DNA from: a virus
Lineage: Duplodnaviria > Caudoviricetes
Virus record (IMG/VR): IMGVR_UViG_3300032324_000363
Coordinates: 1-28,241 of that record
Length of the DNA stretch: 28,241 bases
Reading direction: 5' to 3' (one strand)
Position 1 is the first letter of the stretch. Every line of letters begins with the position of its first letter. Both the position numbers and the translations under genes were made by a program. Of this stretch, positions 1 through 8,219 are shown one piece after another. The notes beneath the pieces are model-generated. The model did not search any database and was not told where the DNA came from. It saw only the letters and a list, made by a program, of their open reading frames with translations.

Positions 1-1
1 C

Positions 2-1555
2 ACCAGCAACAGCACCCAATGCACCTGTTACCAATGCAGCAGGACCACCCGCAAGACCTAAAGCACCAGCGATTGCTCCACCACCCGCAGCACCAATTGC
101 TGCGCCAATCATGCTTCCAAGTCCACCAGAGATTGCTTCGCCAATCCTCTTCTTTTTCTCTGCTGCCGATAGAGTTGGATCAGATTTGATACTTGAGATA
201 TCCAATGCCATAAGACCAGCCTGTATTGCTGTTCCAATCACAGGAATCTTTATCAATTTTCTGAGAACCTTTCCACCACCACTTTTGAATATCGACAAGA
301 CTTTTCCAAGACCAAGATTTGAAGCCTTTTCTCCTACCCATTTTCCAGCAGCAGAAAGTTTTCCCCATGCTTTGCCAAGAAAGCCTGGTTTTGGTGCTGC
401 TTTTCCTAGATCTTTTCCTCCTGTAGGAGATGGAGTGGCAGGACCACCACCAAGTCCGAAGGGAAGAAGTTTTTTTGCTCTACCTAATATACCTTTTCCT
501 GCTCTGAGGATTGGTGAACGCTGTCCTACATTCTTGAAAAGACGATCCCTCACTCCACGATAGGCTCTAGTTACGCCTATTCGTCCTCTTCTGAAGAGTC
601 TACCCATTCGCGATCTTCTACCGAACATTCTGCCGAAGAAACCGCCTCCTCTTCCGCCTCCTCCACCAGAACCCATAAGCCAATCAAGCCAACCACCTTT
701 ACCACCACGCTCTTGTCCACGATCATCATCGCGAGTAATGAGTGATTTCTGTCCTGCCTTACCTTTTCTATCAGCCTCAGTCTGTGATTCTTCAAGCAAA
801 GCATTCTGTTGCTCTTGAATATCGTTGTTTCCACGCGCATACTCAATGAGTTTGTCTAGTTTGAAGTTGCTCTTTCTATTCTCTTCGTAGATAGCGTCAA
901 GTTTTTCTGCAACAGTTTCACCAATAGATTCAGCGCGTGAACCTTGATCTTGATTGTTTGGATTTGTTCCAAAATCAACTTGCGGTGGAGTCTTGTAAAT
1001 CTCCGATCCTACAGCATCCGTGGCTTCAGTTACAGGCTTTGCAGCCATTTCAGCATCACGCTTGCGTAGGATATCTCCCGCTATTCTCTTCTGCTTGAAA
1101 GTTCGTGCGATAATTCTGCCAAGCGGACCAGGAATAGTTCTTTCAGCAAGATCTTCGGGTAGACGAGCAATTCCTCTTCTTACACGCTTGCCAAATCCTT
1201 TTACTGCACTTCGGGTATTTTGTTTGAAAAGATCACCATATGACTTTTCCGCAACCTCTTGGGCTTTTTGAATCTTTTCACCCTTTGCATCCTCTGCTTC
1301 GGCTTTTCTCTCTGCTCTACCAGATTCATCTGCACTTTTCTTGTTTGTGCTGATGCCTTCTTTAAGGATCTTCTGCGTTTGCTCTGTATTCTTCTCAATT
1401 TTCTTGAGAGTTTCAAGAACAGGATCTTTCTTTACAACTACAGGATCTGGAACACCAGTAGACTTATCTCCGTCAACATCAGGTAATGCCAACGAATCAG
1501 GCTCTGCTTGAGAAACCTTTTTTCTTCTGTTTGTTTTCCTTGCTTTTTTAGCCAT
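2..1555 (-). CDS. Putative tape-measure / gp29-like baseplate hub protein (3' end beyond the window)
   Basis: Not in the ORF track. Read by hand from ATG at 1555 (MAKKARKTNRRKKVSQAEPDSLALPD...), open for 518 codons to the window edge. It has a charged helical N-terminal part, an Arg/Gly-rich segment and a Gly/Ala zipper (GGLGSMIGAAIGAAGGGAIAGALGLAGGPAALVTGALGAVAG). It lies directly downstream of gp26/gp51. Confidence 0.7.
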   Translation of the reverse strand, partial: MAKKARKTNRRKKVSQAEPDSLALPDVDGDKSTGVPDPVVVKKDPVLETLKKIEKNTEQTQKILKEGISTNKKSADESGRAERKAEAEDAKGEKIQKAQEVAEKSYGDLFKQNTRSAVKGFGKRVRRGIARLPEDLAERTIPGPLGRIIARTFKQKRIAGDILRKRDAEMAAKPVTEATDAVGSEIYKTPPQVDFGTNPNNQDQGSRAESIGETVAEKLDAIYEENRKSNFKLDKLIEYARGNNDIQEQQNALLEESQTEADRKGKAGQKSLITRDDDRGQERGGKGGWLDWLMGSGGGGGRGGGFFGRMFGRRSRMGRLFRRGRIGVTRAYRGVRDRLFKNVGQRSPILRAGKGILGRAKKLLPFGLGGGPATPSPTGGKDLGKAAPKPGFLGKAWGKLSAAGKWVGEKASNLGLGKVLSIFKSGGGKVLRKLIKIPVIGTAIQAGLMALDISSIKSDPTLSAAEKKKRIGEAISGGLGSMIGAAIGAAGGGAIAGALGLAGGPAALVTGALGAVAG

Positions 1556-1739
1556 TATTTCTCTTTGCAAGTTCTTCTTGCTTCTTAAGATCCTGTATGA
1601 TCAAACCTACATGAATATCCTTTTCCCACGACATCATAGATTCAATTTCGCTGAGATTGTAATTATGTCTCTTTATCATTTGGAAGATTGTTAAATAGTA
1701 GTCACTCAGCGTTCTTCCATAGAGACTCAGAAGAAAAAA
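1548..1739 (-). CDS. gp51: gp51-like baseplate hub assembly protein, probably expressed as a -1 frameshift extension of gp26 (first in-frame ATG only at 1679)
   Basis: Manual translation: FFLLSLYGRTLSDYYLTIFQMIKRHNYNLSEIESMMSWEKDIHVGLIIQDLKKQEELAKRNNG*. This matches the remembered short gp51 pattern of marine T4-like phages (L..YY..NF.LM.HH.YSL.EIE.M.PWER.IY..LL). The TAA at 1550-1548 overlaps the start of the next gene. Confidence 0.75.
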   Translation of the reverse strand, partial: FFLLSLYGRTLSDYYLTIFQMIKRHNYNLSEIESMMSWEKDIHVGLIIQDLKKQEELAKRNNG

Positions 1740-2431
1740 TCGGCAGACTCCGTTATCTCAATCTTGTTGTCATGCCCACACTTCTTGCACTTGAACCCAC
1801 CCTTATAGTTTAGGTTAGGCATTCTGTCGATGAAATCAACCATCTTTTCAAATGTCTCATTTCCAAGACTCTCAACAAAGTCCGATAGTTCCTTTTTGCT
1901 GTAGTCCTCAGCCTTCATTATATTGTCCTTGTCATAAACATAATTTATACAAGAAATAACAAAGTCAAACATCTCTTGCGTAGTTGGAGCCTCGACAGCC
2001 ATTTTAAGCGAAACATCCATATTTGGATACTTCATCATTATTCCCATGCTGTCGTTTATCTCAATCTTTGGTGGCAATGATCTAGACTTGTCTACCACTA
2101 CTGCCTCAAAGTCAACATAGTGTTGATTTGTCTCTTTGCACTCGGTGCAGTAAAAATTTGCCTTTGTCTTCTCTCCAATCGACTTTGATCTTATCTTTAG
2201 GTAGATGTATTCAAGATCGAATAGAGGAAGTTCATCAACATCAATACCACCCTGAACGCAGTTGTTTATGGTTTGCTTGATGCTCCCATACATCTCTTTT
2301 TCTGTCTTGCTCTCAATAGCCATCAACAGAAGTTTCTCCTCCTTTACTAAGAAAGGACGAAACTTGATCTTCTTTGATGACGAAGGAACGATCATTTCAT
2401 AATATGGAACTGCAATTGTCGGTAGACTCAT
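1727..2431 (-). CDS. gp26: Baseplate hub assembly protein gp26-like
   Basis: LPTIAVPYYEMIVPSSSKKIKFRPFLVKEEKLLLMA and LPLFDLEYIYLKIRSKSIGE motifs, two CxxC pairs (CTEC, CKKC) and a C-terminal DFFF. AGGTGA ribosome-binding site upstream. Confidence 0.9.
   Translation of the reverse strand: MSLPTIAVPYYEMIVPSSSKKIKFRPFLVKEEKLLLMAIESKTEKEMYGSIKQTINNCVQGGIDVDELPLFDLEYIYLKIRSKSIGEKTKANFYCTECKETNQHYVDFEAVVVDKSRSLPPKIEINDSMGIMMKYPNMDVSLKMAVEAPTTQEMFDFVISCINYVYDKDNIMKAEDYSKKELSDFVESLGNETFEKMVDFIDRMPNLNYKGGFKCKKCGHDNKIEITESADFFF
1733..1739 (-). promoter_or_regulatory. Candidate -1 ribosomal frameshift heptamer T TTT TTC
   Basis: The minus strand reads GAT TTT TTC TTC TGA at the end of gp26. The heptamer is in X XXY YYZ phase, and the -1 frame is the gp51-like frame. 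Confidence 0.65.
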
Positions 2432-2443
2432 CTTAAATCACCT

Positions 2444-3067
2444 TTATACTATGGTTGGAAGATCTGATACATCTCCCTGATATGGATTTCCTGAAAGTAG
2501 TGGTTCTTTTATCTTCTGAACATATGGCACATAATTAAGAATTGAATAGTCTTTATAAGCAAATCCAACTGATAACGAATGACTCTCATCATTCTTTAGA
2601 CCAGAAAGATCAAGATCAGTCATCACTTTAGGATAACATTCGTGTAATATTACTTTCAACACTTCATTATCCGAACGATCTAGTTGTGTAATTGAAATCT
2701 CTTGAACAAAAGAGTTATAATAGTTTATAAATCCGTTATTGTATGGAGCAACACGATTCATCCAGTCCTCAAAGACTAGTTTTTCGAACATGTCTTCTCC
2801 AACACGGAAAACCATCTGTATCTCGTTGTTATAGAGAAGTTCGTATGGCATCTCTCGTTTCGGTCCAGCAATCTTATAGGTTGCCGTGGAGATAGATCTA
2901 CCAGGCATTGCTGTGCTTTCAACTGCTAGATTGAGTCGTAGATTCCATTCGATTGGAAAATTAGAGAAAAATATCTCGTAACGAGCAGGAGATAGCCTAC
3001 CATAACCAAACAAGTCAGCAAATGACTTGAATCCTTGAACATTACTTGGTAGTAGTGAGGTTGCCAT
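2444..3067 (-). CDS. gp54: Tail tube initiator gp54-like (tube-protein paralogue)
   Basis: ESTAMPGRSIST, EKLVFEDWM, ISITQLD and ILHECYPK motifs of the gp19/gp54 fold. ATG at 3067 overlaps the gp2 stop (TGATG). Confidence 0.7.
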   Translation of the reverse strand: MATSLLPSNVQGFKSFADLFGYGRLSPARYEIFFSNFPIEWNLRLNLAVESTAMPGRSISTATYKIAGPKREMPYELLYNNEIQMVFRVGEDMFEKLVFEDWMNRVAPYNNGFINYYNSFVQEISITQLDRSDNEVLKVILHECYPKVMTDLDLSGLKNDESHSLSVGFAYKDYSILNYVPYVQKIKEPLLSGNPYQGDVSDLPTIV

Positions 3068-3717
3068 CAATCCATCCTGTTTCTAATATCTTGAATCTTC
3101 TGGCGACTGTCATTCATGACTTGCATCTGACGAACAGGCGCACCCGAACCATAGAATCTAGCGACAGGTAGATTAATTGCATACTTCCACTTATCAGAAG
3201 GTATCTCAAGAGTTGGTGTGTAGATATTCTTGAGTTTATACTTTCTAATTCCTACCAATCCACTTAGATATTTAGTCGAAGATTTCATAATATCATAGCG
3301 TAAAGCAGAAACTCTGGCATCACCTGTATCAACATCTCCACGGGCTATGTCCTCTGCTCGGTCGATGAAACTTGCTCTTAAATTGAATGGCATGTAGTGC
3401 AGATTTACTGCCATAAAGTGGTCACGGTATAATCTGATAGGAATTACGAGAGGAAACCTATCGTAATAGCCCAACTTTGCCACGGGTGTTTCAGGGATGT
3501 ATCCAAAAAGCAACATCTTGCCAAGAAATACACGCCTCACACGATATTCGGGAGTCTGACGGATCAGCGATGCTATATTTGTCAATTTTCCTTCAAGAAG
3601 ATCGCCAAGTTCTTGTCGATACCAATCCATAGCCTTTGGAGAGAATTCGTTTCCCTCTACTTCGCCGTTGTCATAGGCTGATTTTACATCTTCAAGGGCT
3701 GTTTTTATATTTCTCAT
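3067..3717 (-). CDS. gp2: DNA end protector protein gp2
   Basis: GKMLLFGY...YYDRFPLVIPI...FMAVNLHYMP motifs, adjacent to gp4. Confidence 0.88.
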   Translation of the reverse strand: MRNIKTALEDVKSAYDNGEVEGNEFSPKAMDWYRQELGDLLEGKLTNIASLIRQTPEYRVRRVFLGKMLLFGYIPETPVAKLGYYDRFPLVIPIRLYRDHFMAVNLHYMPFNLRASFIDRAEDIARGDVDTGDARVSALRYDIMKSSTKYLSGLVGIRKYKLKNIYTPTLEIPSDKWKYAINLPVARFYGSGAPVRQMQVMNDSRQKIQDIRNRMD

Positions 3718-4160
3718 GTTTTGATATTGAGATCTTTCTCAGTTAGAATGGTAAACTTCCATCCTCTTTTATCGGCGTATTTTTTGGCTGCTTCCCACTT
3801 CGCCTGATTTATCACATAGGTTGTTGCCTCGGTGATGAATGTCTTTTTTTGCTTTCTACCGCGTTCAGGCATCATGCATTGCTTTTCGGGTTTTACCTCT
3901 ACAAGATGCGTCTCGACAATTCCATCTTTATTTTTGATTTTGATGATAAAATCTACAAAGTAACGGTGGGGCTTCTTATCGACAGGTGAGATATAAGGAA
4001 CGACAACGGTTTCGGAACTCCAAGCAACAACCGCCTCTTTCATGTCACAAAAAACCATGAACTTTCTTTCCCATAGTGATCTGTAGACGATATCGTTACG
4101 ATCACCCTTGTATTTTTCGGGATTCTTAGGTTGGTAGTGACCTTTGTAAGTTTCTCGCAT
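3714..4160 (-). CDS. gp4: Head completion nuclease gp4 (TnsA-like PD-(D/E)xK fold)
   Basis: YKGHYQPKNPEKYKGD...IVYRSLWERKFM..CD...WSSE...YFVDF...EVKP.KQ...NQAKWEAA. GAGG ribosome-binding site upstream. Confidence 0.93.
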   Translation of the reverse strand: MRETYKGHYQPKNPEKYKGDRNDIVYRSLWERKFMVFCDMKEAVVAWSSETVVVPYISPVDKKPHRYFVDFIIKIKNKDGIVETHLVEVKPEKQCMMPERGRKQKKTFITEATTYVINQAKWEAAKKYADKRGWKFTILTEKDLNIKT

Positions 4161-4174
4161 TTCACAATTCCCTC

Positions 4175-4191
4175 ATACATAACTTATGTAT
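4175..4191. promoter_or_regulatory. Perfect inverted repeat ATACATAA-C-TTATGTAT; candidate pair of overlapping late promoters
   Basis: An 8-bp palindrome in the only divergent intergenic gap. Each arm resembles the T4 late -10 box TATAAATA (ATACATA versus ATAAATA). Confidence 0.55.
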
Positions 4192-4205
4192 TGGAGAGAT
4201 CCCCG

Positions 4206-5777
4206 ATGGCTAAAAAAGGTTATGTAGACAACACAGGTAGAAACATTACTTTCTATGATGAAAATCTGCGTCCTGGTGGTAGTGGATTTCGGGCTAATCC
4301 AGAAATTGGAGCAAGCACAAATACCCGCAAGACGCTCTTTCAGCGTCTGAAGGATCAGCAGCAGGATTCGGCTCTAGCCTCATCGAATCTAGGATTTTTA
4401 AACGACACAGAAGAAACAAACAAGAATAGAATTCTTGGCATTGATAGTTTTCTTCAGTTTCCAGTAGATCTAGGTGTGGATAAGAGATATCGACAGTTTA
4501 TGATTTTCAACATCTATAAGTCTACATCAGACAAAATGGACAATGAGTTGAGAGCCACGAAGATTTTCTCTGGCGGAGATTCACCGATTCCTGGTGGAAT
4601 TGAAGGAAAGAAGAAGAGCGAGTTGGCAGAGGTTGGTTCATCAGATGCATTTGCTTTTCAAGAGGCTAGTCTTGTTGCAGCACAAAACAACCAAACAACT
4701 GCACAATGGATTCAAGAGAATCCTGACCGTTACAATGCAATGCGTGAACAGTCTAGACTTGCCTATGAAAATGTAGGTCTTAGCACAACCGATGTGAACG
4801 CAAATAGACAAGAACTCCGAAAAATAAGACAGAGCGAAGAAGGATTTGATTGGTTTGGTTTTGCAACAGAAGATGAGTCAGTTTCACTTACTTCAGACAA
4901 GCCAAGCCTGTGGAATGCAGTTCCTGGCGTTGCTCAAGCAAAGCAATACTACGAAGCAGTTTGGGGTGGGCAGTTTGGTCCAGATCCCGACAATCCTCGC
5001 GATCCTCCACCAAAGAATCTTGGTCAGATAAACAGTCGTGGCAAAAAGGTTCAGGTTGACAATGCCACCACAAATAACAACCGTAGATTCATCTCATCGA
5101 ATATCCGTTCAAAGGATACAATTGCTCTATACATGACGCAAAATCACGCGGTTTCTGACGGATTTGCCTATGCAGAAAAAGACATGGCGGCAATGAGTCT
5201 TATCGCGAACGGAAGCATTGGCACAGTCCTCATTGAAGGTCAGGGAAATGTAGCGGATTCTGTTGCAAGACAGTTGACTACCGATGTTCCTGGTCTTGAC
5301 TTTGCAGGAGGAGTAGATTTTGCCACGATTCGCGATGCTCTTCGTGGTGGTGTGAAGAATGCGAAGAAGGAACTGATGTTTGGTGAACCACAGATGCGCC
5401 AATTCAGTTTCAACTATGACTTCTACCCACGAAGTGTTGAGGAAGCAAATCGCGTTGCCGACATCATTCAGATGTTCCGCTATCATGCCTATCCTCGTCT
5501 ACAGACAGATGGTGGTCACTTCTTCATGTTCCCTGCTGAATTTGAAATTGAATTCTACATTATAACTGATGATCCTTCAACAGGGGAGCAGCGTGTGCAG
5601 ATAAATGGATACCTTCCGAAGATTGCTCGCTGCGCTCTTACAAACATACAGGCTTCCTACTCTCCCAACGGAATCTGGTCTACATTCCCTGATGGAAGTC
5701 CCGTAGGAACTCAACTTTCGCTTACATTTACTGAAGTTCAGGCTCTCAATCAAGATAACATTATCAACGGTTACTAA
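4206..5777 (+). CDS. gp48: Baseplate tail-tube cap gp48-like
   Basis: LQFPVDL near the N-terminus, then TIALYM and RQFSFNYDFYPRSVEEA...IIQMFRYHAYP...FPAEFEIEF...LPKIARCALTNIQASYSPNG...LSLTFTE. Start moved to ATG 4206, which has a GGAGAG ribosome-binding site and avoids overlap with gp4. Confidence 0.88.
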   Translation: MAKKGYVDNTGRNITFYDENLRPGGSGFRANPEIGASTNTRKTLFQRLKDQQQDSALASSNLGFLNDTEETNKNRILGIDSFLQFPVDLGVDKRYRQFMIFNIYKSTSDKMDNELRATKIFSGGDSPIPGGIEGKKKSELAEVGSSDAFAFQEASLVAAQNNQTTAQWIQENPDRYNAMREQSRLAYENVGLSTTDVNANRQELRKIRQSEEGFDWFGFATEDESVSLTSDKPSLWNAVPGVAQAKQYYEAVWGGQFGPDPDNPRDPPPKNLGQINSRGKKVQVDNATTNNNRRFISSNIRSKDTIALYMTQNHAVSDGFAYAEKDMAAMSLIANGSIGTVLIEGQGNVADSVARQLTTDVPGLDFAGGVDFATIRDALRGGVKNAKKELMFGEPQMRQFSFNYDFYPRSVEEANRVADIIQMFRYHAYPRLQTDGGHFFMFPAEFEIEFYIITDDPSTGEQRVQINGYLPKIARCALTNIQASYSPNGIWSTFPDGSPVGTQLSLTFTEVQALNQDNIINGY

Positions 5778-6661
5778 TGTATTTCGGAAAATTTCCACAA
5801 ACATTCTATAGCAAACTGTCTAGAAATGGATCTCCAACTCTTGCAGTCGATATCCTAAGAAAAGTATCGTTCTTCGATGCAATCAAGGATGAGACAAAAA
5901 TGGCAGGAAAGTATTTCATTCCTGACGGCGAAACACCTGAAGTTGTTGCTGACAAGATCTACGGAGACTCGTCGTTCCATTGGGTGCTGTTGCTTGCAAA
6001 TCAAGTCATCAACCCACTTTACGACTGGCCCCTGGACACAGTTTCGCTAGAGCGTTACATTGATGAAAAATATCCTGGTTATACGATGTATCTTACCGAA
6101 GAGGGAAATACAGGCAGTCCAACTCCTCTGAACTACAAAGAGGGAGACACGGTGTTCCTAACCGATGGAACCGTTGACTTTGACGGAAGATATGATTACG
6201 GTGGCGATCAGAGAGCGCGTGTGTGGCGATGGAACAAAACAGATAACGCGCTCACCATTAATTTTGAATTTCCTTCGGCTGTAAACTTCAACGAGGGAGA
6301 TATCGTTGCCCTTATAAACAACGATGAGTCGATATCAATTGCAAGAATAAAGAGAATAGAACAGTCCCGCTACGCTGCACACCATTTTGAAAATACCGAT
6401 GGCGTAGTGCTTGGATCTCTAGTAAACTATTTGGGTATTCCTCTTGGGGAAACAGCATCAGGAACTCCACTCGCAGTTCCATATTGGAATACCATGATTG
6501 GAAAATACATGGGAATGTCTGGATCCGCAGACAACTCATTCGTAGTTACAAATCAGGACTATGAATATATTGTAAATGACGCGAAGCGAGAGATTGATAT
6601 AATCAATCCTGCATTTGTGACGAAGATTGCTGAAGAATTTGCAACTCTGATTGAGGAATAA
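5777..6661 (+). CDS. gp53: Baseplate wedge protein gp53 (LysM-like) with a central insertion
   Basis: MYFGKFP...YFIPDGETPEVVADKIYGDSSFHWVLLLANQVINPLYDWPL...VTNQDYE..VNDAKREI. Confidence 0.92.
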   Translation: MYFGKFPQTFYSKLSRNGSPTLAVDILRKVSFFDAIKDETKMAGKYFIPDGETPEVVADKIYGDSSFHWVLLLANQVINPLYDWPLDTVSLERYIDEKYPGYTMYLTEEGNTGSPTPLNYKEGDTVFLTDGTVDFDGRYDYGGDQRARVWRWNKTDNALTINFEFPSAVNFNEGDIVALINNDESISIARIKRIEQSRYAAHHFENTDGVVLGSLVNYLGIPLGETASGTPLAVPYWNTMIGKYMGMSGSADNSFVVTNQDYEYIVNDAKREIDIINPAFVTKIAEEFATLIEE

Positions 6662-8088
6662 TGCCTAAGACATCGGTTCTCATCACGAAGATAAAGAATG
6701 CTGGTAAGCGAGTTACCGAGGCTGTCGCTCGCATCAAGCAGACATTCAAAAATCTAGACTATACAAAAAATGATGATGTCAATATTCTACAGATTGACAT
6801 AAGATCTCTATCTGGTGGCGGTGCTATCAGCGTGATTCCTCAATTCGTTGAGATGCAGATTCACGAAGATATGTTTTCAGATTTTGTGTATGGAAGTCTT
6901 ACTCTGCTCGACAATCAGAATCTCATGTCGGTAGTTCCAATTGTTGTCAATGAAGAGGTAATCATTGAGTTTGCCACTCCAAAGACAAGAACGACAAAGA
7001 AGTTCGTCGGAGAGATCTATTCTATAGACTCGTTCAATCCATCGAAGAACGAACGATCAGAACTATTCACTCTGCGTTTTGTGAGTAAGAACTATTTTCC
7101 TACCGCAACACGCAAGGTTTCTGGCAGTTATTCTGGAAACATGAAGACAATCGTCAGAAAGATAAAGAGTCAATTTTTCCCATCGGATGTAAACTTTCAG
7201 ATAGATCTACCTGGATCAGGTGGAACTGCGAAAGAGAAGAAAAATTACATCATTCCTTATCTGAATCCAATCAAGACGATGAACTGGCTTGCTGTAAGAG
7301 CCATTCCTTCTACAAATCCAAATGAAGTAAACTATCGTTTCTATGAAGACTCTGATGGTTATCATTTCGTGAATATATGCGATTTCATGGATAAACCCGT
7401 GAAAAAGACCGTGTTCCTGTCGAAGACAAATCAGAACATCAGAAAACTTGATGAATTCCTAAGCACAGTATACTCGTATCAGTTTAGCGATGTTCCCGAC
7501 AAGGTTATGAATTCGCATACTGGTCTGTTCAATTCATCAATGTCGATATACGACATAAACACAAAGAAATTCAAGTATGTGACACAGGATTATCACTCTT
7601 TCTTTGAAAATACAAAACACCTGAACAAGGGCAGAGTAATTCCGAAGACTAGTGAAGACTATACTGAATCCACGATGAACACCCGAAATTTTGTTGTTTT
7701 CGATTCGCAAAAGCGATATGCCACCGAAAAGAACAAGAAGTCAGATACTGAAGTCGAGGACACTCTTCTCAAAAGAAACTCGCTTCTGCAACAGTTTGGT
7801 CAATTCAAGGTAAACCTCTTGATGCCAGGCGATACTAGGGCTAAAATAGGCGATATCTACGAGATCAAGTCGCTAAAGCGAGGAGAGATCAAAGATGGTG
7901 ATCCAAAGTATATTGATGAGATTCGCTCAGGAAAATATCTTGTAACCGCTATAAAACACACCCTAAATAATAGCGGCTATAGAGTAACAGTAGAAGCATC
8001 AAGAGACTCGTATAGCAAAGAACTCGCGGATGGTGTATTCCCCGAAAGTGTGAATAAAGTATTCAGTAAATTGAAAGGATTATTATGA
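6661..8088 (+). CDS. Baseplate hub protein, gp27-like
   Basis: IHEDMFSDFVYGSLTLLD, YRFYEDSDGYHF, MPGD...IGD and SGKYLVTAIKH motifs of the hub (gp27/gpD/VgrG-N) fold. Lies just upstream of gp5. Confidence 0.75.
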   Translation: MPKTSVLITKIKNAGKRVTEAVARIKQTFKNLDYTKNDDVNILQIDIRSLSGGGAISVIPQFVEMQIHEDMFSDFVYGSLTLLDNQNLMSVVPIVVNEEVIIEFATPKTRTTKKFVGEIYSIDSFNPSKNERSELFTLRFVSKNYFPTATRKVSGSYSGNMKTIVRKIKSQFFPSDVNFQIDLPGSGGTAKEKKNYIIPYLNPIKTMNWLAVRAIPSTNPNEVNYRFYEDSDGYHFVNICDFMDKPVKKTVFLSKTNQNIRKLDEFLSTVYSYQFSDVPDKVMNSHTGLFNSSMSIYDINTKKFKYVTQDYHSFFENTKHLNKGRVIPKTSEDYTESTMNTRNFVVFDSQKRYATEKNKKSDTEVEDTLLKRNSLLQQFGQFKVNLLMPGDTRAKIGDIYEIKSLKRGEIKDGDPKYIDEIRSGKYLVTAIKHTLNNSGYRVTVEASRDSYSKELADGVFPESVNKVFSKLKGLL

Positions 8089-8219
8089 ACGAACGAACAG
8101 TAGTGATTACCCCCTCAATGACCCAAGAAATGTTGAACAAGTTGCCCATGTGTGAAGAAGAGATTCAAGAATGGCGTGAATGGGCTGAAAGAGTATTTCC
8201 TGTAAATGAGAGAAATTGA
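8085..8219 (+). CDS. Small hypothetical protein, 44 aa
   Basis: Below the track cutoff: MNERTVVITPSMTQEMLNKLPMCEEEIQEWREWAERVFPVNERN*. ATGA overlap with the hub stop and AAAGGA ribosome-binding site at 8074-8079. It fills the gap to gp5 and overlaps it by 14 nt. Confidence 0.7.
   Translation: MNERTVVITPSMTQEMLNKLPMCEEEIQEWREWAERVFPVNERN

Noticed and set aside
111-1486. Track ORFs 111-563(+), 180-368(-), 577-846(-), 1020-1271(+), 1201-1416(-) and 1259-1486(+)
   Set aside because: All are antisense or off-frame shadows of the continuous minus-strand gene 2-1555, which the track missed because its stop lies outside the window.
1517-1523. Phased A AAA AAG heptamer near the start of the tape-measure-like gene
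   Set aside because: The -1 frame stops after about 6 codons, and the heptamer is explained by Arg-Lys-Lys codons in a basic N-terminus.
1706-1720. ATG at 1720 as the gp51 start
   Set aside because: It is in a different frame from gp51 and reads only MEER*.
3714-4160. TnsA-like nuclease as a transposon or homing endonuclease
   Set aside because: The motifs and position next to gp2 identify it as the core head-completion gene gp4. No element ends or transposase partners are present.
4131-4205. Track start of gp48 at 4131
   Set aside because: It overlaps gp4 on the opposite strand and spans the promoter region. ATG 4206 has a proper ribosome-binding site.
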